The notes under the pieces were generated by a model, which was not told the DNA's origin, searched no databases, and saw nothing but the letters and a program-made list of their open reading frames with translations. DNA of 64,000 nt from Octopus vulgaris (lineage: Eukaryota). Each line of letters starts with the position of its first letter. Position 1 is the stretch's first letter. This document shows, in pieces, positions 49,536-62,031 of the stretch. A program made the position numbers and the translations under genes. The stretch covers positions 15,252,001-15,316,000 of the forward strand of contig OX597836.1 of assembly GCA_951406725.2 (NCBI GenBank), in the 5' to 3' direction.

Positions 49536-49800
49536 CAGTGGTTCCCAACTGGGGTCCATATAAGATTTTGGTGGGGTCCATGCAACCAAATAATAAATTG
49601 AGTATCTACAATAGTATTTTAAGGGGCCTGAAAAAGTTTTGCCTTCGATGTATGTTAATGTGAGAAAAACAAAATAGAGATTTTGAAAGATGCTTCTATA
49701 AAACTAGTTTTTAAACATCAGATGACTCTGGAAGTCCACCAGAATAAAATAGTAATCAAAGAGACCCATAGATTAAAAAAAAAATGGTTGAGAACCCTTG
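49536..49800. mobile_element. hAT-type MITE, family J, with 8-bp TSD
   Basis: CAGTGGTTCCCAAC...GTTGAGAACCCTTG; TSD CTGTAGAG both sides. Confidence 0.85.
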
Positions 49801-49851
49801 CTGTAGAGCCTTGTTGTAAAAGCAACCTGAATATCAAACGGTGGTTAATCT

Positions 49852-50100
49852 TCATCATCATCATCATTTAACGTCTGTTTTCCATGCTAGCATGGGTTAG
49901 ATGGTTCGACCAGGGTCTGGGAAGCCAGGAGGCTGCACCAGGCTCCAGTCTGATCTGGCAGTGTTTCTACAGCTGGATGCCCTTCCTAACGCCAGCCACT
50001 CTGAGTGTAGTGGGTGCTTTTTACGTGCCACCAGCACAAGTGCCAGGGGAGGCTGGCAGCGGCCACGATCGGTTGGTGTTTTTTACATGCCACTGGCACG
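49852..50100 (-). mobile_element. Family C retroposon
   Basis: (CAT)n then TTCCATGCTAGCATGGGTT...GGATGCCCTTCCTAACGCC. Confidence 0.8.
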
Positions 50101-50109
50101 GAGTGATCC

Positions 50110-50975
50110 TATTTTGTTCATGAGTGTTTTGTTCTGTTGGTGCAGCTACACCAGGCCTGGTGGGTGGTCCTGTACCTGCATTTCCCAGGTGTTGGGGTTG
50201 GTCGGAAAGCACTTCAGTGAGGCTTTGAATGTATCTTTGGAGTACTTTTTCTGTCCACTTAGTGTCTGCTTGCCTTCTTCCAATTCACTGTAAAACGGTC
50301 TTTTGGGTAGCCGTGTGTCAGGCATTTGAACAAGGTGGCTTGCCCACCTGTCCTGTGCTAGAGGACCTCCTGGATGGAACCTACACTCGCCTCCTTATGA
50401 GAGCTCAAAATCTCTCGTGGAGGCGCCATCCAACCAAAGTACAAATATATGGGAAACTACCACCTGTGTCATCTCTTGTGAAAGGTAGGAGAGTCCAGTT
50501 TACTGGACATTGTTGTAGAGCTGAAAAAAGAGGTAATTTCTACTCTTCTCCTCTAGAAGCCATCTACTCGCAATACCAGAGGGCACACACTCTCCTCCCT
50601 GATGTAATCTCCAGGGATACAGGCATCCAGCAACAGGACCTCCGTAATGCCATGATGGACCGTGAAGTCTGGCGTAGCATGGTAAATTCCATTGTCTCGA
50701 CCACGGTCGAACAATGATGATGAGAGGACCCCATGTCTGGAACCTTGTCTTCTTTGTGATTTTTCAACAGCTTTCTCTGACAGTTCACGTGGAAGCAGTT
50801 CAGCTGTTTGGCGTGATATTTGTAAGCTGTCCAAGTAGTGTAGGCAGTACAACTGCTTTGGTTCACCTTCAACTTGGTGGCTGGCCAAAGGCCGAGCTTC
50901 CCTTTATGATGCATGTGTTGACTTCATTATCAATGTTCACAGATTTGGAGAGAGTGTGCTGCCAAGGTATGTGGA
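50110..50975 (-). mobile_element. Decayed RTE LINE fragment split by an opposite-strand LINE
   Basis: Minus translation LNCFHVNCQRKLLK..EDKVPD (50725-50800) and LPKRPFYSELEEGKQTLSGQKKYSKDTFKASLK (50210-50312). Confidence 0.7.
50350..50723 (+). mobile_element. RTE/RTE-X LINE 3' end with (TGA)n tail
   Basis: LDGTYTRLLMRAQNLSWRRHPT..IYGKLPPVS..RRVQFTGHC...ISRDTGI..LRNAMMDREVWRSMV*. Confidence 0.8.
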
Positions 50976-52370
50976 CTTATCAACTATGTTCATATACCTA
51001 TATATATACCTTTATATATATATATATCGTAAATATATAGGTTGTTATATGGACTGAAGACTCTCTGTGTGTGTGCGTACGCGTGTGATAGATTGTCTGT
51101 TTACTCTAGAGATAATCTCTTACCACCCAGTTACCTAACGCTAATCCTGCCAACTGAACATATTGATCTAATTTTTGTTGATTTCTCAAAGCTTATCTTC
51201 ACCTTCTTTCACAGGCAGTACTTTAACCAACCTTAGTGGTAGTGATGGTGGTAGTGGTGGTTGTGGTGGTGGTAATGATAGTGGTGGGGTAATGATGGTT
51301 GTATTGTTAAGGTAGCTAAGTAGCCTAAATACCTGATGAGTAATTAAAATCAACACTATTTCCTATAGCTTAGTTGTTGATACTGTTGCTAAAACTGTCC
51401 TCTTATCATTGGGTATGTGTGTGTGTGTGTGTGGTGTGTACTAAACCACACATATCCTCCCTTCTCTCCCCCTCTCTCTCTCATCCCTGATCTGTGTCAC
51501 ACACACATGATAGTAGCAACAGATTTTTAAGTACAGTTATAGCTATGATTAGAGATTTTAATGAGTATGACAAGAGCTGAGTTCAGTTCACCCAACCACC
51601 CAGTCGGATTTTTTGATGTTGGCTTCAAGCCCATTTCACATTCAAGTACGTTGTTCCAAATGGTGTTGTTGTTGTTGCTGCTGTTGTTCAAACCCTGTAT
51701 CAGTTCTGGTTCACAGAACTTGCTATGACCCAACACAGATATATTGGCCATCGTGTCCCCCTTTTTTCCAGATACTGTGTATCTTGGTCTATATTATCTA
51801 AAGTCTTTCTATTTTTAAATGAAGAGGGAAAGAGTAAAGTGTGAGTTGAGTGAGATTTGGCTGCTACATCTAGCAGGGCAAGTGACTCTGTAGAGGCTCC
51901 ATAGCTCCTAATGTTATTTGGAATGGTATGGGGGGAGATGGAAGTGGTAGGATCTCACTAAAAACTTCTCTGTATCCATCCATTGTGTGTGTGTGTGTGT
52001 GTGTGTTTAACAAGTTAAAATTAATGGTTATTACATATTTTTCCTTTATTGGAGCAAATTTGGCTTACAGATGTTTCCAGTGGTCATTATAGGTACATTA
52101 CCAATAGCTTTATTCAACTGGTCTATTGATCAGTTGAGAAAAATTGAACAACCTAAAAAATTTAATGCTATTTTCGTCAGAGCCATGGAAAATGGACGTT
52201 GAATGGTGATGATGACATATCTCATATATAAAATCCGTTCTGTCTATGTGTGTGTGTGTGTGTGTGTGGCTTCTAGGATCTCGGGCATCCTCCATCAGAT
52301 TGTGCTCAAATCTGATATGTAGATACCAACGGTATCAGGGCGTGTATAAGTCTTGAAAAAATTTTTTTAA

Positions 52371-52589
52371 CCCTTTAGTATTTAAACCGACCATATCTGG
52401 CCAAAATAGTTAATCTGTTTTATGTTCAAACTGACCAGATCCAGGCTTTCACACCTACCCTACAATGTTATTCTACATTAAGTAATTACACCATCAAAAT
52501 CTTGAAGATATGAGATAATGCATGATTAATTCAAATCAATGGGAATCAATAGGCATTATGTTTGATTGAATAATCTGAACACTAAAGGG
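52371..52589 (+). mobile_element. piggyBac-type MITE, family F
   Basis: TTAA TSD; near identical to 113-331; sits inside a Helitron-like 5' segment starting ~52219. Confidence 0.85.
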
Positions 52590-52889
52590 TTAAATCAATT
52601 CCAGGTGAGAATGCTATCGATAAAAGCCATGGGAAATCGTTTTCCTTTGGAATAGCAAAAAAGTCTATCTTTATTTCTTCTTTTGCTGGTGTCTCAAATT
52701 TATGTTAAATCAGTGTGATTGGACTTGATAGATGGAAGCTCCAAAAAGCCTATTGTGTGTATATTTATGTGTGTGTGTGTGTGTGTCTCCTTTCTTTGAT
52801 ATTGCATGATAGTTGTAAACCAGTATCACATCATGCAAGTAAGTGTTCTATGTATCCAGTCTTCTATGAAAACATGTGTAGTCATGGAA

Positions 52890-53038
52890 CAGGGGTGGAC
52901 TGAGAGTATCAAGGGCCCTCAGGCATGACTGTTTACTGGGCTCCTTACCATTGATAAGTTAACATGTAGAGTACGGGTTCCTCAGAGCTCCGGTCCCTCT
53001 GGCAGTGCCTGATTGACCTACAGCTCAGTCCACCCCTG
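52890..53038. mobile_element. hAT-type MITE
   Basis: Perfect 15-bp TIR CAGGGGTGGACTGAG; 8-bp TSD TCATGGAA/TCATGGAG. Confidence 0.85.
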
Positions 53039-53062
53039 TCATGGAGAAATATTACCTTACTT

Positions 53063-53286
53063 GGCGAGCTGGCAGAAACGTTAGCACGCCGGACGAAATG
53101 CTTTGCGGTATTTCGTCTGTTGTTATGTTCCGAGTTCAAATTCCGCTGAGGTCGACTTTGCCTTTCATCCTTTCGGTGTTGATAAATAAAGCAGTTTCGC
53201 ACTGAGGTCGATGTAATCGGCTTAATCCGTTTGTCCGTCCTTGTTTGTCCCCTCTATGTTTAGCCCCTTGTGGGTAGTAAAGAAAT
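53063..53286 (+). mobile_element. SINE family B with 14-bp TSD
   Basis: TSD ATATTACCTTACTT at 53049 and 53287; host is a family D SINE (~52715-53415). Confidence 0.9.
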
Positions 53287-53424
53287 ATATTACCTTACTT
53301 GGAAACAGGTGAAGGTTGGCAACAAGAACATCAAGCCATAGAAAAGCCACATCAACTTATTCCATCCAACCCCTGCAAGCAATGAAACATGAACATTAAA
53401 ATGATGACTATGATGGCATATTTG

Positions 53425-53661
53425 GACCATGTTCGTGGCCGTTTGCCAGCTCTGTCTGGCACCTGTGCGGGTGGCACGTAAAAAGCACCCACTACACTCA
53501 CGGAGTGGTTGGCGTTAGGAAGGGCATCCAGCCGTAGAAACACTGCCAGATTTGACTGGGCCTGATGAAGCCTTCTGGCTTCACAGACCCCAGTAGAACC
53601 GTCCAACCCATGCTAGCATGGAAAACGGACGCTAAACGATGATGATGATGATGATGATGAT
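53425..53661 (+). mobile_element. Family C retroposon
   Basis: GGTGGCACGTAAAAAGCACCC, core and (GAT)n tail. Confidence 0.85.
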
Positions 53662-53883
53662 AAAAAAGAGTGAGGCATGAGATTATGATTAGAATTTTTA
53701 GTTGAGAAATAATCGTTTTGAAATAATAGGTTTGTTTCTATGCCAGGGTCTGTTCTGAGGGTTGTTGGTACCAAAAAGACAAAAAAAGGTAGGGTTAATT
53801 AAGGTCATGACTAATGTCAACTTTGATCAATGCAACTTATGATGGATAGACACTCCAGCCATGGTCATCCTGTCTTTATCCTA

Positions 53884-54325
53884 CAAGGAGGTGCTGAAAA
53901 GTTCCTGGCTTTGGGTAAAAGAAAATACAGGAGGATCAGTTAACCCTTTTGTTACCTTTTTTTCTATTGAGATGCTCTGTGTTTCTTTCAATTACGTTAA
54001 ATATTACAAAGAATTTAGTAAAATAACTTGGTTATCATTAAGCTAGTGTTAGGAACATAAATTGTGACAAAGGTTTGGTGGAAGATTTTAATTCAAAACT
54101 TATGAAAACAAGACATTTGGACTCGGAGCCAGAGCCGGTTTCAGCCGGGTTGGTAACAAAAGGGTTAATTATGATTTTATGTAATATATTCCCCTCTCAG
54201 ATTCACACACTTATTGTAGCAGTCCTTCAGTTTTTCTAAGCCTTGTAAAAGAACTCGGAAAGTTGGGCCTCCAACCAGGCGTTTCGCGATACTCTTAAAG
54301 CCAGGAAGTTTTCAGCATACCCTTG
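53884..54325. mobile_element. Mariner-type MITE containing a nested piggyBac MITE
   Basis: TA-CAAGGAGGTGCTGAAAAGTTCCTGGCTTT / AAAGCCAGGAAGTTTTCAGCATACCCTTG-TA. Confidence 0.8.
53944..54164. mobile_element. piggyBac-type MITE, family G
   Basis: TTAA TSD, TIR CCCTTTTGTTACC / GGTAACAAAAGGG; second copy at 56803-57027. Confidence 0.85.
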
Positions 54326-54737
54326 TACTAGGAAGCCAGGACCACATTATCCAGCCTATTGTTTTCTAAGATGATGTAGTATGGGTAGGGGGATTTGACT
54401 ACTGTTTCTAATAAGACCTTCAACCATGTAGCAGCTCCCTCGTTGCCCTGGTGGTAAGATGGTGGATGGTGGTGATGTGTGGGGAAACAGATGTTTCTAG
54501 CTATTTAGGATGGTGGTGGTGGCGGTTTGGGTAAGAAAAGCTGAGGAAAGGAAAACAGCAGACACACAAAGAATTTCCTTATTCTATTGAGAAATGGCAT
54601 TCAGTCTCCCGATCTCTTGGATGATAACATTTCCAAGCCGGTATCATATTCTTCCTCCAGGGTGTTTTAGTAACTGGCGCCTTCCTTCTCCTTTTTTTTT
54701 TTTTTTTTTTGCACCACCCCTTTCTTTCTCTCTCTCA

Positions 54738-54790
<53 letters not shown>

Positions 54791-54999
54791 CCCCTCTCCC
54801 CCTCATCATCTCTGCTACATCACCACCTACTCTTCACATCTTCCCTAAACTAACACTGAAAACAAAAACACATCTTCCTTCCTCTATTGCACCACACACA
54901 CACACACACACATGTGCACACATACATGCATGTGTACACACACACACACACATGTACACACCGTACATACACATACACGTATGCACAGACACACACACA

Positions 55000-55030
<31 letters not shown>

Positions 55031-55080
55031 TTGTGTATACGCATGCACAATCACAGCTGGAATTGTATACTGAAACAAAC

Positions 55081-55285
55081 ATCACCACCACCACCACAAC
55101 CTCCACCACCACCACCACAACCTCCTCCACCACCACCACCACCACCTCCACCACCTCCACCATCACCACCACCTCCTCCTCCACCACCTCCTCCACCACC
55201 ACCACCACCACCACCACCACCACCACCTCCACCACCACCTCATCCACCTCCACCACCACTATCACCACCTCCACCACCTCCGCCA
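55081..55285. repeat. (CAC)n/(CTC)n trinucleotide tract
   Basis: Direct reading; source of the poly-P/T/V ORFs. Confidence 0.95.
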
Positions 55286-55581
55286 TTCCTCCATTACAAT
55301 GATCATCCACCCATCAAAAATCTTGCTGAACCAACAGTTTTTTCACCCAATTGCTACTCTCCCCCCCTAAGATTTGGGATTCCATTTCACTTGTTCCAGA
55401 TTCCTTAAACTCCAGCTTCGATGGAACATAACTTTGCACTTACTCTGACACATCATGCTCCGTCTCTCTCTCTCTCTCTCTCGTTCCCCCCTTTTCTTTC
55501 TCCTTCCTTCTCTCTCTTTTTCTTCCCCTTCTTTCTCTCCCTCCGTTCTTCAGATTTATGAGAATTCACCTTATTATTACT

Positions 55582-56059
55582 TATTTCTTTATTGCCCACA
55601 GGGGGCCAAATGTAGAGGGGACAAACAAGGACAGACAAAGGGATTAAGTCAATTACATCAACCCCAGTGCGTAACTGGTACTTAATTTATCGACCCCTAA
55701 AGGCGAGCTGGCAGAAACGTTAGCACGCCGGATGAAATGCTTAGCGGTATTTCGTCTGTCGTTACGTTGTGAGTTCAAATTCCGCCGAGGTTGACTTTGC
55801 CTTTCATCCTTTCGGGGTCGATAAATTAAGTACCAGTTTCGCACTGGGGTCGATGTAATCGACTTAATACCTATGTCTGTACTTGTTTGTCCCCTCTATG
55901 TTTAGCCCCTTGTGGGTAATAAAGGTACTTAATTTATCGACCCCGAAAGGATGAAAAGCAAAGTCGACCTCGGAGGAATTTGAACTCAGAATGTAACAGC
56001 AGACGAAATACCGCTAATCATTTCACTCGGCGTGCTTACATTTCTGCCAGTTCACCGCC
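55582..56059 (-). mobile_element. SINE family B split by an antiparallel family B copy
   Basis: Tail half 55582-55701, head half 55924-56059. Confidence 0.85.
55702..55923 (+). mobile_element. SINE family B, nested, ~25-bp TSD
   Basis: GGTACTTAATTTATCGACCCC(T/G)AAA at 55677 and 55924. Confidence 0.85.
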
Positions 56060-56259
56060 TCATTATCACTTAAAATTTGTATTAGCCCTAATAACGGAGC
56101 TACATTAACCCTTTAGCACTCAGATTGCTCTGTCAAATGTAAGGCTTATTTACTCATATTCTTGTAATGTCAAGATATTAATGATGTGATTGTTCAATTT
56201 TTAGAATGACATTGTAAGACAGGTGTGAAAGGCTGGATCTGGCTGCTTTAAAACATTAA

Positions 56260-57034
56260 CCCTCTAGCATTTAAACCAGCCATATCCGACCAAAACATTC
56301 AGCCCTTCTTTATCTTCAAGATGCCAGATCCAGCATCTCACACTTCTCCTATAATATTATTCTGAAAATAAGCAACCATGTCATTGAAATCTCAAAGTTA
56401 CAAAGTAATGCATAACTAATTCAAATCAATGTGAACAAACAAACATTGGAGGCACAATGGCCCAGTGGTTAGGGCAGTGAACTTGCAGTTGGAGGATCGC
56501 GGTTTCGATTCCCAGACCGGGCGTTGTGTGTGTTTATTGAACGAAAACACCTAAAAGCTCCACGAGGCTCCGGCAGGGGGTGGTGGCGACCCCGGTTGTA
56601 CTCTTTCGCCACAACTTTCTCTCACTCTCTCTTCCTGTTTCTTGAGTAACACTGCGATGGACTGGCATCCTGTCCAGCTGGGGGGAATGCATATGCCACA
56701 AAAACCGGGAAACTGGGCCCATGAGCCTGGCTAGGCTTGAGAAGGGCGACATTTTTTTTTTTAAACAAACATTACATTTGATAGAGAAATCTGAATGCTT
56801 AACCCTTTCTTTCGTTACTGTATTTATTTTGAGATGCTCTGTGTTTCTTTCAATTACTTTAAATATAACAAAGAATCTAGTAAAATAACTTAGTTATCAT
56901 TAAGCTAGTGTTAGGAACATAAATTGTGATTAAGGTTTGGTGGAAGATATTAAGTCAAAACTTATGAAAACAAGACATTTGTATTACAGAGCCAGAGGCG
57001 GTTTCAGGCAGGTTGGTACCAAAAGGATTAAGGG
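56260..57034 (+). mobile_element. Family F MITE hosting SINE H and MITE G
   Basis: TTAA-CCCTCTAG start; right TIR split by MITE G at an internal TTAA. Confidence 0.7.
56448..56762 (+). mobile_element. SINE family H variant with 11-bp TSD
   Basis: tRNA-like head GGAGGCACAATGGCCCAGTGGTTAGGGC...GGTTTCGATTCCC; TSD AAACAAACATT. Confidence 0.85.
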
Positions 57035-57738
57035 TTAACCAGATAGACTATTTTGACTGGATATCGTTGATTCAACCCTTTAGCATTCAGATTACTCTGT
57101 CAATTGTAATGCTTTTACATTCAAATTGTTTTGAATTGATCATGGGTTGTCTTATAGATTTGAGGTTTCAATTATGTAATAGGTTATTTTCAGAATGTCT
57201 GTGTAGGTTAAGTGTGAGAGGCTTGATATGGCTAGTTTGAATATAAAACATGTAGAATATTTGGGCCAAACATGGCTGGTTTTGAATGATAAGGGGTCAA
57301 ATGTTTTTGTGGTACTTAGTCCTTTTGCATTCAGAATTCAATCCTTGGTAGAATAAACTCAACCTTTTGTCCTAGTAAAATCAAGTCCCACCAGTAAAAA
57401 CTTGGGGTCAGTATCATTGACTATTCCCTATCCCCAACATCGCTTGACAACTGATGCGGTGTGTTTACGTCCCCGTAATTTAGCGGTTTGGCAAAAGGGA
57501 CCGATAGAATAAGTACTAGGCTTACAAAGAATAAGTCCTGGGGTTGATTTGTTTCGGCTAAAAGGTGGTGCTCCAGCATGGCTACAGTCAAATGGCTGAA
57601 ACAAATAAAAGAATAAAAGAAATGGATGTTTAGGACAAAAGTACTGGGGTTGACTGAAGTTCTTCAAGGTAGTGCCCCAGCATGACCACAGTTGAATGCC
57701 TGAAACAAGTAAAGGATAAAAGATGCGTACACTCACAC

Positions 57739-58745
57739 ATGAGGGTTGGCTGAAAAGTTCATAGGCTGATCAAGATTCTCTCATGGAATGTGACCAAATA
57801 AGGTTTCTTTTTTAACATTAGTGCCCCTTCCATTAGTGTTGCAGTGCTTGGATGCAAATTGGTGAGGAAACTTTCGTTTTGTTGGTCAAAAAAGTCATCA
57901 ACAGCAGATATGGCATCATCATCATCACTGCAATACTGGTTGCTAGTCAAGCGTTTTTGCATGTTGGGGAACAGATGATTGCCAGATGGGGCAAAATTAG
58001 GAGAATAGGGATGGTAATCAACCAGTTCAAAGCTACAGTCATGTACAGCAGCCATTGAAAGCAAGGACTTGTGTGCTGAAGCATAGTCCTGATGAAACAA
58101 GATCCCTTTTATTAGTTTTCCTTGATGTTTGGTCTTCATAGCTTTTCGTAACTGCCTCAGCAAGTCGAAATAGTACTCTTCATTGATGGAGTGACCCTTT
58201 TGAAGATAGTCAATAAACACAATGCCTTTTGCATCCCAAAAAGCTAAGGTCATCACCTTCTCTGCAGATGAAACAACCTTGGCCTTCTTTGGAGCAGGAG
58301 AGGAGCGGTGTTACCACTGTGTGTATTGGAGGCACATGGCCTAGTGGTTAGAGCAGCGGACTCGTGGTCGAGGGATTGTGAGTTCGAATCTCAGACCGGG
58401 CAATGTGTGTGTTTATGAGCGAAACACCTAAGCTCCGCGCAACTCCGGCAGAAGGTAATGGCGAACTTCTACTGACTCTTTCACCACAACTTTCTCTCAC
58501 TCTTTCCTCCTGCATCTTGTAGCTCACCTGCGACGTACCGGCGTCCTGTCCAGGTGGGGAACCTATATGCCAAGGAAACAGGGAAACTGGCCCTTATGAG
58601 CCAGGCGTGGCTCGAGAAGGAACTAACAACAACAAACAACTGCGTGTATTGTCTTTTGTCTCTGGTTCAAAGTGATGAACCCAACATTCATCCTGGATTA
58701 GGAGACATTCAAAGAAACCAGCTGGATCTGCCACAGACAATGTCA
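57739..58745 (-). pseudogene. Decayed mariner transposase split by a SINE, with right TIR
   Basis: QDECWVHHFEPETK (58655-58700); FWDAKGIVFIDYLQKG...ILFHQDYASAH...HPYSPNFAPSGNHLFPNM (ORF 57759-58256); TIR GAGGGTTGGCTGAAAAGTTC. Confidence 0.9.
58328..58638 (+). mobile_element. SINE family H with 12-bp TSD
   Basis: TSD ACTG(T/C)GTGTATT at 58316 and 58639; (AAC)n tail. Confidence 0.9.
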
Positions 58746-59085
58746 AATACATGCACGTACACATACACATACACATACACACACATACATTGGGGTTTCT
58801 CCACAATTTCTTTCCAACAAATTTTGCTCACTAAATATTGGTTGACCCAAGGAGGCTATAGTAGAAAGCAGTTGGCCCATGTTGTAACATGGCAGAATTG
58901 AACCCAGGATCACAAGATTGCTAAATGAACTTAAGTGTGTTTGTGTGTTTGTGTATATAGGAAGAAACAGCATCACCCCACACAAACCAACCAAACTAAC
59001 CAGTTAAAAACAGCAACAACAACAAATCATGGCTGTCTGAAACTTTCAATTGTATTTCAGTCAGTAGCTGATGTAGTTTTGTCTT

Positions 59086-59095
59086 TTATTATTAT

Positions 59096-59136
<41 letters not shown>

Positions 59137-59335
59137 TTACTACTATTATTATTATTATTATTATTATTTATTATTATTATCATTAATTACAATTATTATT
59201 ATTTATTATTATTATCATTAATTATAATTATTATTATTAATTATTATTATTATTAATTATAATTATTATTAATTATAATTATTATTATTATTAATTATAA
59301 TTATTATTGTTATTTATTATTATTACTATTATTAT

Positions 59336-59370
<35 letters not shown>

Positions 59371-59396
59371 TTACTATTACTATTGTTATTATTATT
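59086..59396. repeat. (ATT)n/(ACT)n low-complexity tract
   Basis: Direct reading. Confidence 0.95.
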
Positions 59397-59710
59397 TGTC
59401 TGTTTGGTTGTTCATTTGTTTGCCTTTTGTTAGAATGTCCATCTTGAATCCACTTCACTCTTTTGGTCATTAACAGAAATTTGTTGCTAAGTGGAATCAA
59501 CAGGAAACTGGTGTTTATACACGAAAATGTGACTGGCATGAGGGGGGGGGGGTACTGTGGGTGGAGCTGTACATAGAGAAATGAGATGAAATTGTAGGCT
59601 GTCTTTTAGACTCACGCACACACAGGCACACAGGTATGTATGTGTGTGTGTGTGTGTGTGTTTGTGTATGTCTACACCATAGATAGGGAAATTAGATAAA
59701 ACTATAATAT

Positions 59711-59763
<53 letters not shown>

Positions 59764-59932
59764 ATACATATCTATATTATTATTATTTTAAATGTGTGTC
59801 TGTATGTTTACAATAAAGTAGCAGAAAGTTGTCCTAGATTTTCAATTATATTTTATGCTGACTGATGTAGTCGCAGAAATTCTAATTCTCTCTTTAATAA
59901 CTTTCCTTCATTAATTTTCTTTCCATTTTTCC

Positions 59933-59986
<54 letters not shown>

Positions 59987-60267
59987 TCAAATACACTTAA
60001 CAGATTAAACTATTGGAAGAGAAAAAATTCCTAACATTGGGCTACAGCAAGTGACCTTAGATACCAAGAACCCTCCTAAGCATCCAAGCTGTCCCTAATA
60101 ACACTGTTTTCTGGAGCTGAACTAAACTAGGTTTTATGCCTCTATCCATCTGTTCAAATCTTTGTCTTCTAGCAGTTCACTTTGCAACCTTGTGGCTTTT
60201 GAGCTTAGTTCCAATCTGTCATATTTGGGTAAATGTCTTCTCCAATTAGTGAGGCAAATTTGCTTGA

Positions 60268-60430
60268 TGGAAACTATACATTGTATACATTGTGTGGAAA
60301 CTATACATTGTATACATTGTGTGGAAACTATACATTGTATACATTGTGTGGAAACTATACATTGTATACATTGTGTGGAAACTATACATTGTATACATTG
60401 TGTGGAAACTATACATTGTATACATTGTGT
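60268..60430. repeat. 27-bp minisatellite, 6 copies
   Basis: TGGAAACTATACATTGTATACATTGTG repeated perfectly. Confidence 0.95.
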
Positions 60431-60446
60431 GTGTGTGTGTGCTCAC

Positions 60447-60851
60447 ATTTACTCGTTTCAGTCATTTGACTGCGGCCATGCTGGAACACCACCTTTAGTC
60501 AAGCAATTCGACCCCCAGGACTTATTCTTTGTAAGCCTAGTATTTATTCTACCGGTCTCTTTTGCCAAAATGCTAAGTTATGGGGATGTAAACACACCAG
60601 CATCGGTTGTCAAGGGATGTTGGGGGGGACAAACACAGACACAAAAACACACACAGACACACATACATATATATATGCACATATATACATCAGGCTTCTT
60701 TCAGTTTCTGTCTACCAAATCCACTCACAAGGCTTTAGTTGCCCCGAGGCTATTGTAGAAGACACTTGCCCAAGGTACCAGGCAATGGGACTGAACCCGG
60801 AACCATGTGGTTGGTAAGCAAGCTACTTACCACACAGTCACTCCTACGCCT
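60447..60851 (-). mobile_element. SINE family A
   Basis: Identity to other copies. Confidence 0.9.
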
Positions 60852-61026
60852 TTGTAAATAAGTACCAAACTTTAAAGCATAATTCTTGGAGCCAATAGAA
60901 TTGACTAAATCCCCTGAAGGCATTGCTCCAGCAAGGCCATAATTCCGTGATTAAAACTTGTAAAAAGAATTTTCTTTTACAATTGTCTACATCAGTCCCT
61001 TCAAATTATCCCTTTGTATTTCTTAT

Positions 61027-61668
61027 GCACAGGCTTGGCTGTGCGGTAAGAAGCATCACACTTGTGTGGTATGAAGGCAGCGAGCTGGCAGAATCGTTAG
61101 CATGCCGGGCGAAATGCTTAGCGGTGTTTCGTCTGTCTTTTACATTCTGAGTTCGAATTCCGCCAAGGCCAACTTTGCCTTTCATCTTTTTGGGGTCAAT
61201 AAATTCCTAATATCAGTTAGGCACTGGGGTCGATGTAATCAACTTAATCTCTTTGTCTGTCTTTGTTTGTCCCCTCTATGTTTAGCCCCTTGTGGGCAAT
61301 AAAGAAATAAGAAGCATCACACTTTTGGCAATTGTCTTCTACTGTAGGTCTAAACTGACCAAAGACTTTTGAGGGAATTTGGTAGATGGAAACTTAAAGA
61401 AGCCCATTATGTTTGTGTGTGTGTGTTACTGTCTCCCACCCATGACATTATGTGATAATTATAAATGTGTATCTCCATCATGCAAAGTAGAGTCCTTTGT
61501 TTCCAGTCTTCTGTGGAAACTTGTCTGGTCATGGGGAAATATTACCTTGTTTGGAAATAGGTGAGTGTTGGCAACAGGAATGACATCCGGCCATAGAAAA
61601 TTCACCCCAATAAATTCTATCCAACCCTTTGCAAGCATGGAAAAGGGGACATTAAAACAATGATGAGG
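61027..61668 (+). mobile_element. SINE family D (family A-like head, family C-like tail) interrupted by a family B copy at ~61076-61308
   Basis: TAAGAAGCATCACACTT duplicated at 61047 and 61308; distal part matches 52715-53415. Confidence 0.7.
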
Positions 61669-61698
61669 ATTTCTTCTTTCTGTCCCACATCACTCTTC

Positions 61699-61824
<126 letters not shown>

Positions 61825-61997
61825 TTTTTTCTTCTTCATCTCCAATCTCATTTAGTCCATTCACATTGCATTTCCCCACCTTTCTGCCAGTTTGCTGGCT
61901 TAATATTAATAAAATAAACACCAGTTGAGCACTGGGATCGATGTAATCGACTTAGCCTCTTCCTTGAAATTGCAGGCCTTGTGTCAAATTTTGAGAC

Positions 61998-62031
<34 letters not shown>

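Noticed and set aside
54709-55408. Poly-Pro/poly-Thr ORFs resembling formin, extensin or mucin
   Set aside because: A (CAC)n tract joined to (CA)n, with no flanking domain or splice support
58328-58400. tRNA genes at SINE heads (also 23408, 56448, 63821)
   Set aside because: A/B boxes are present but there is no closing acceptor stem or poly-T terminator; they continue into SINE bodies, several bounded by TSDs
60268-60430. 27-bp array encoding CxHC repeats (ETIHCIHCV)
   Set aside because: Perfect minisatellite without spacers; the ORF continues into an antisense SINE
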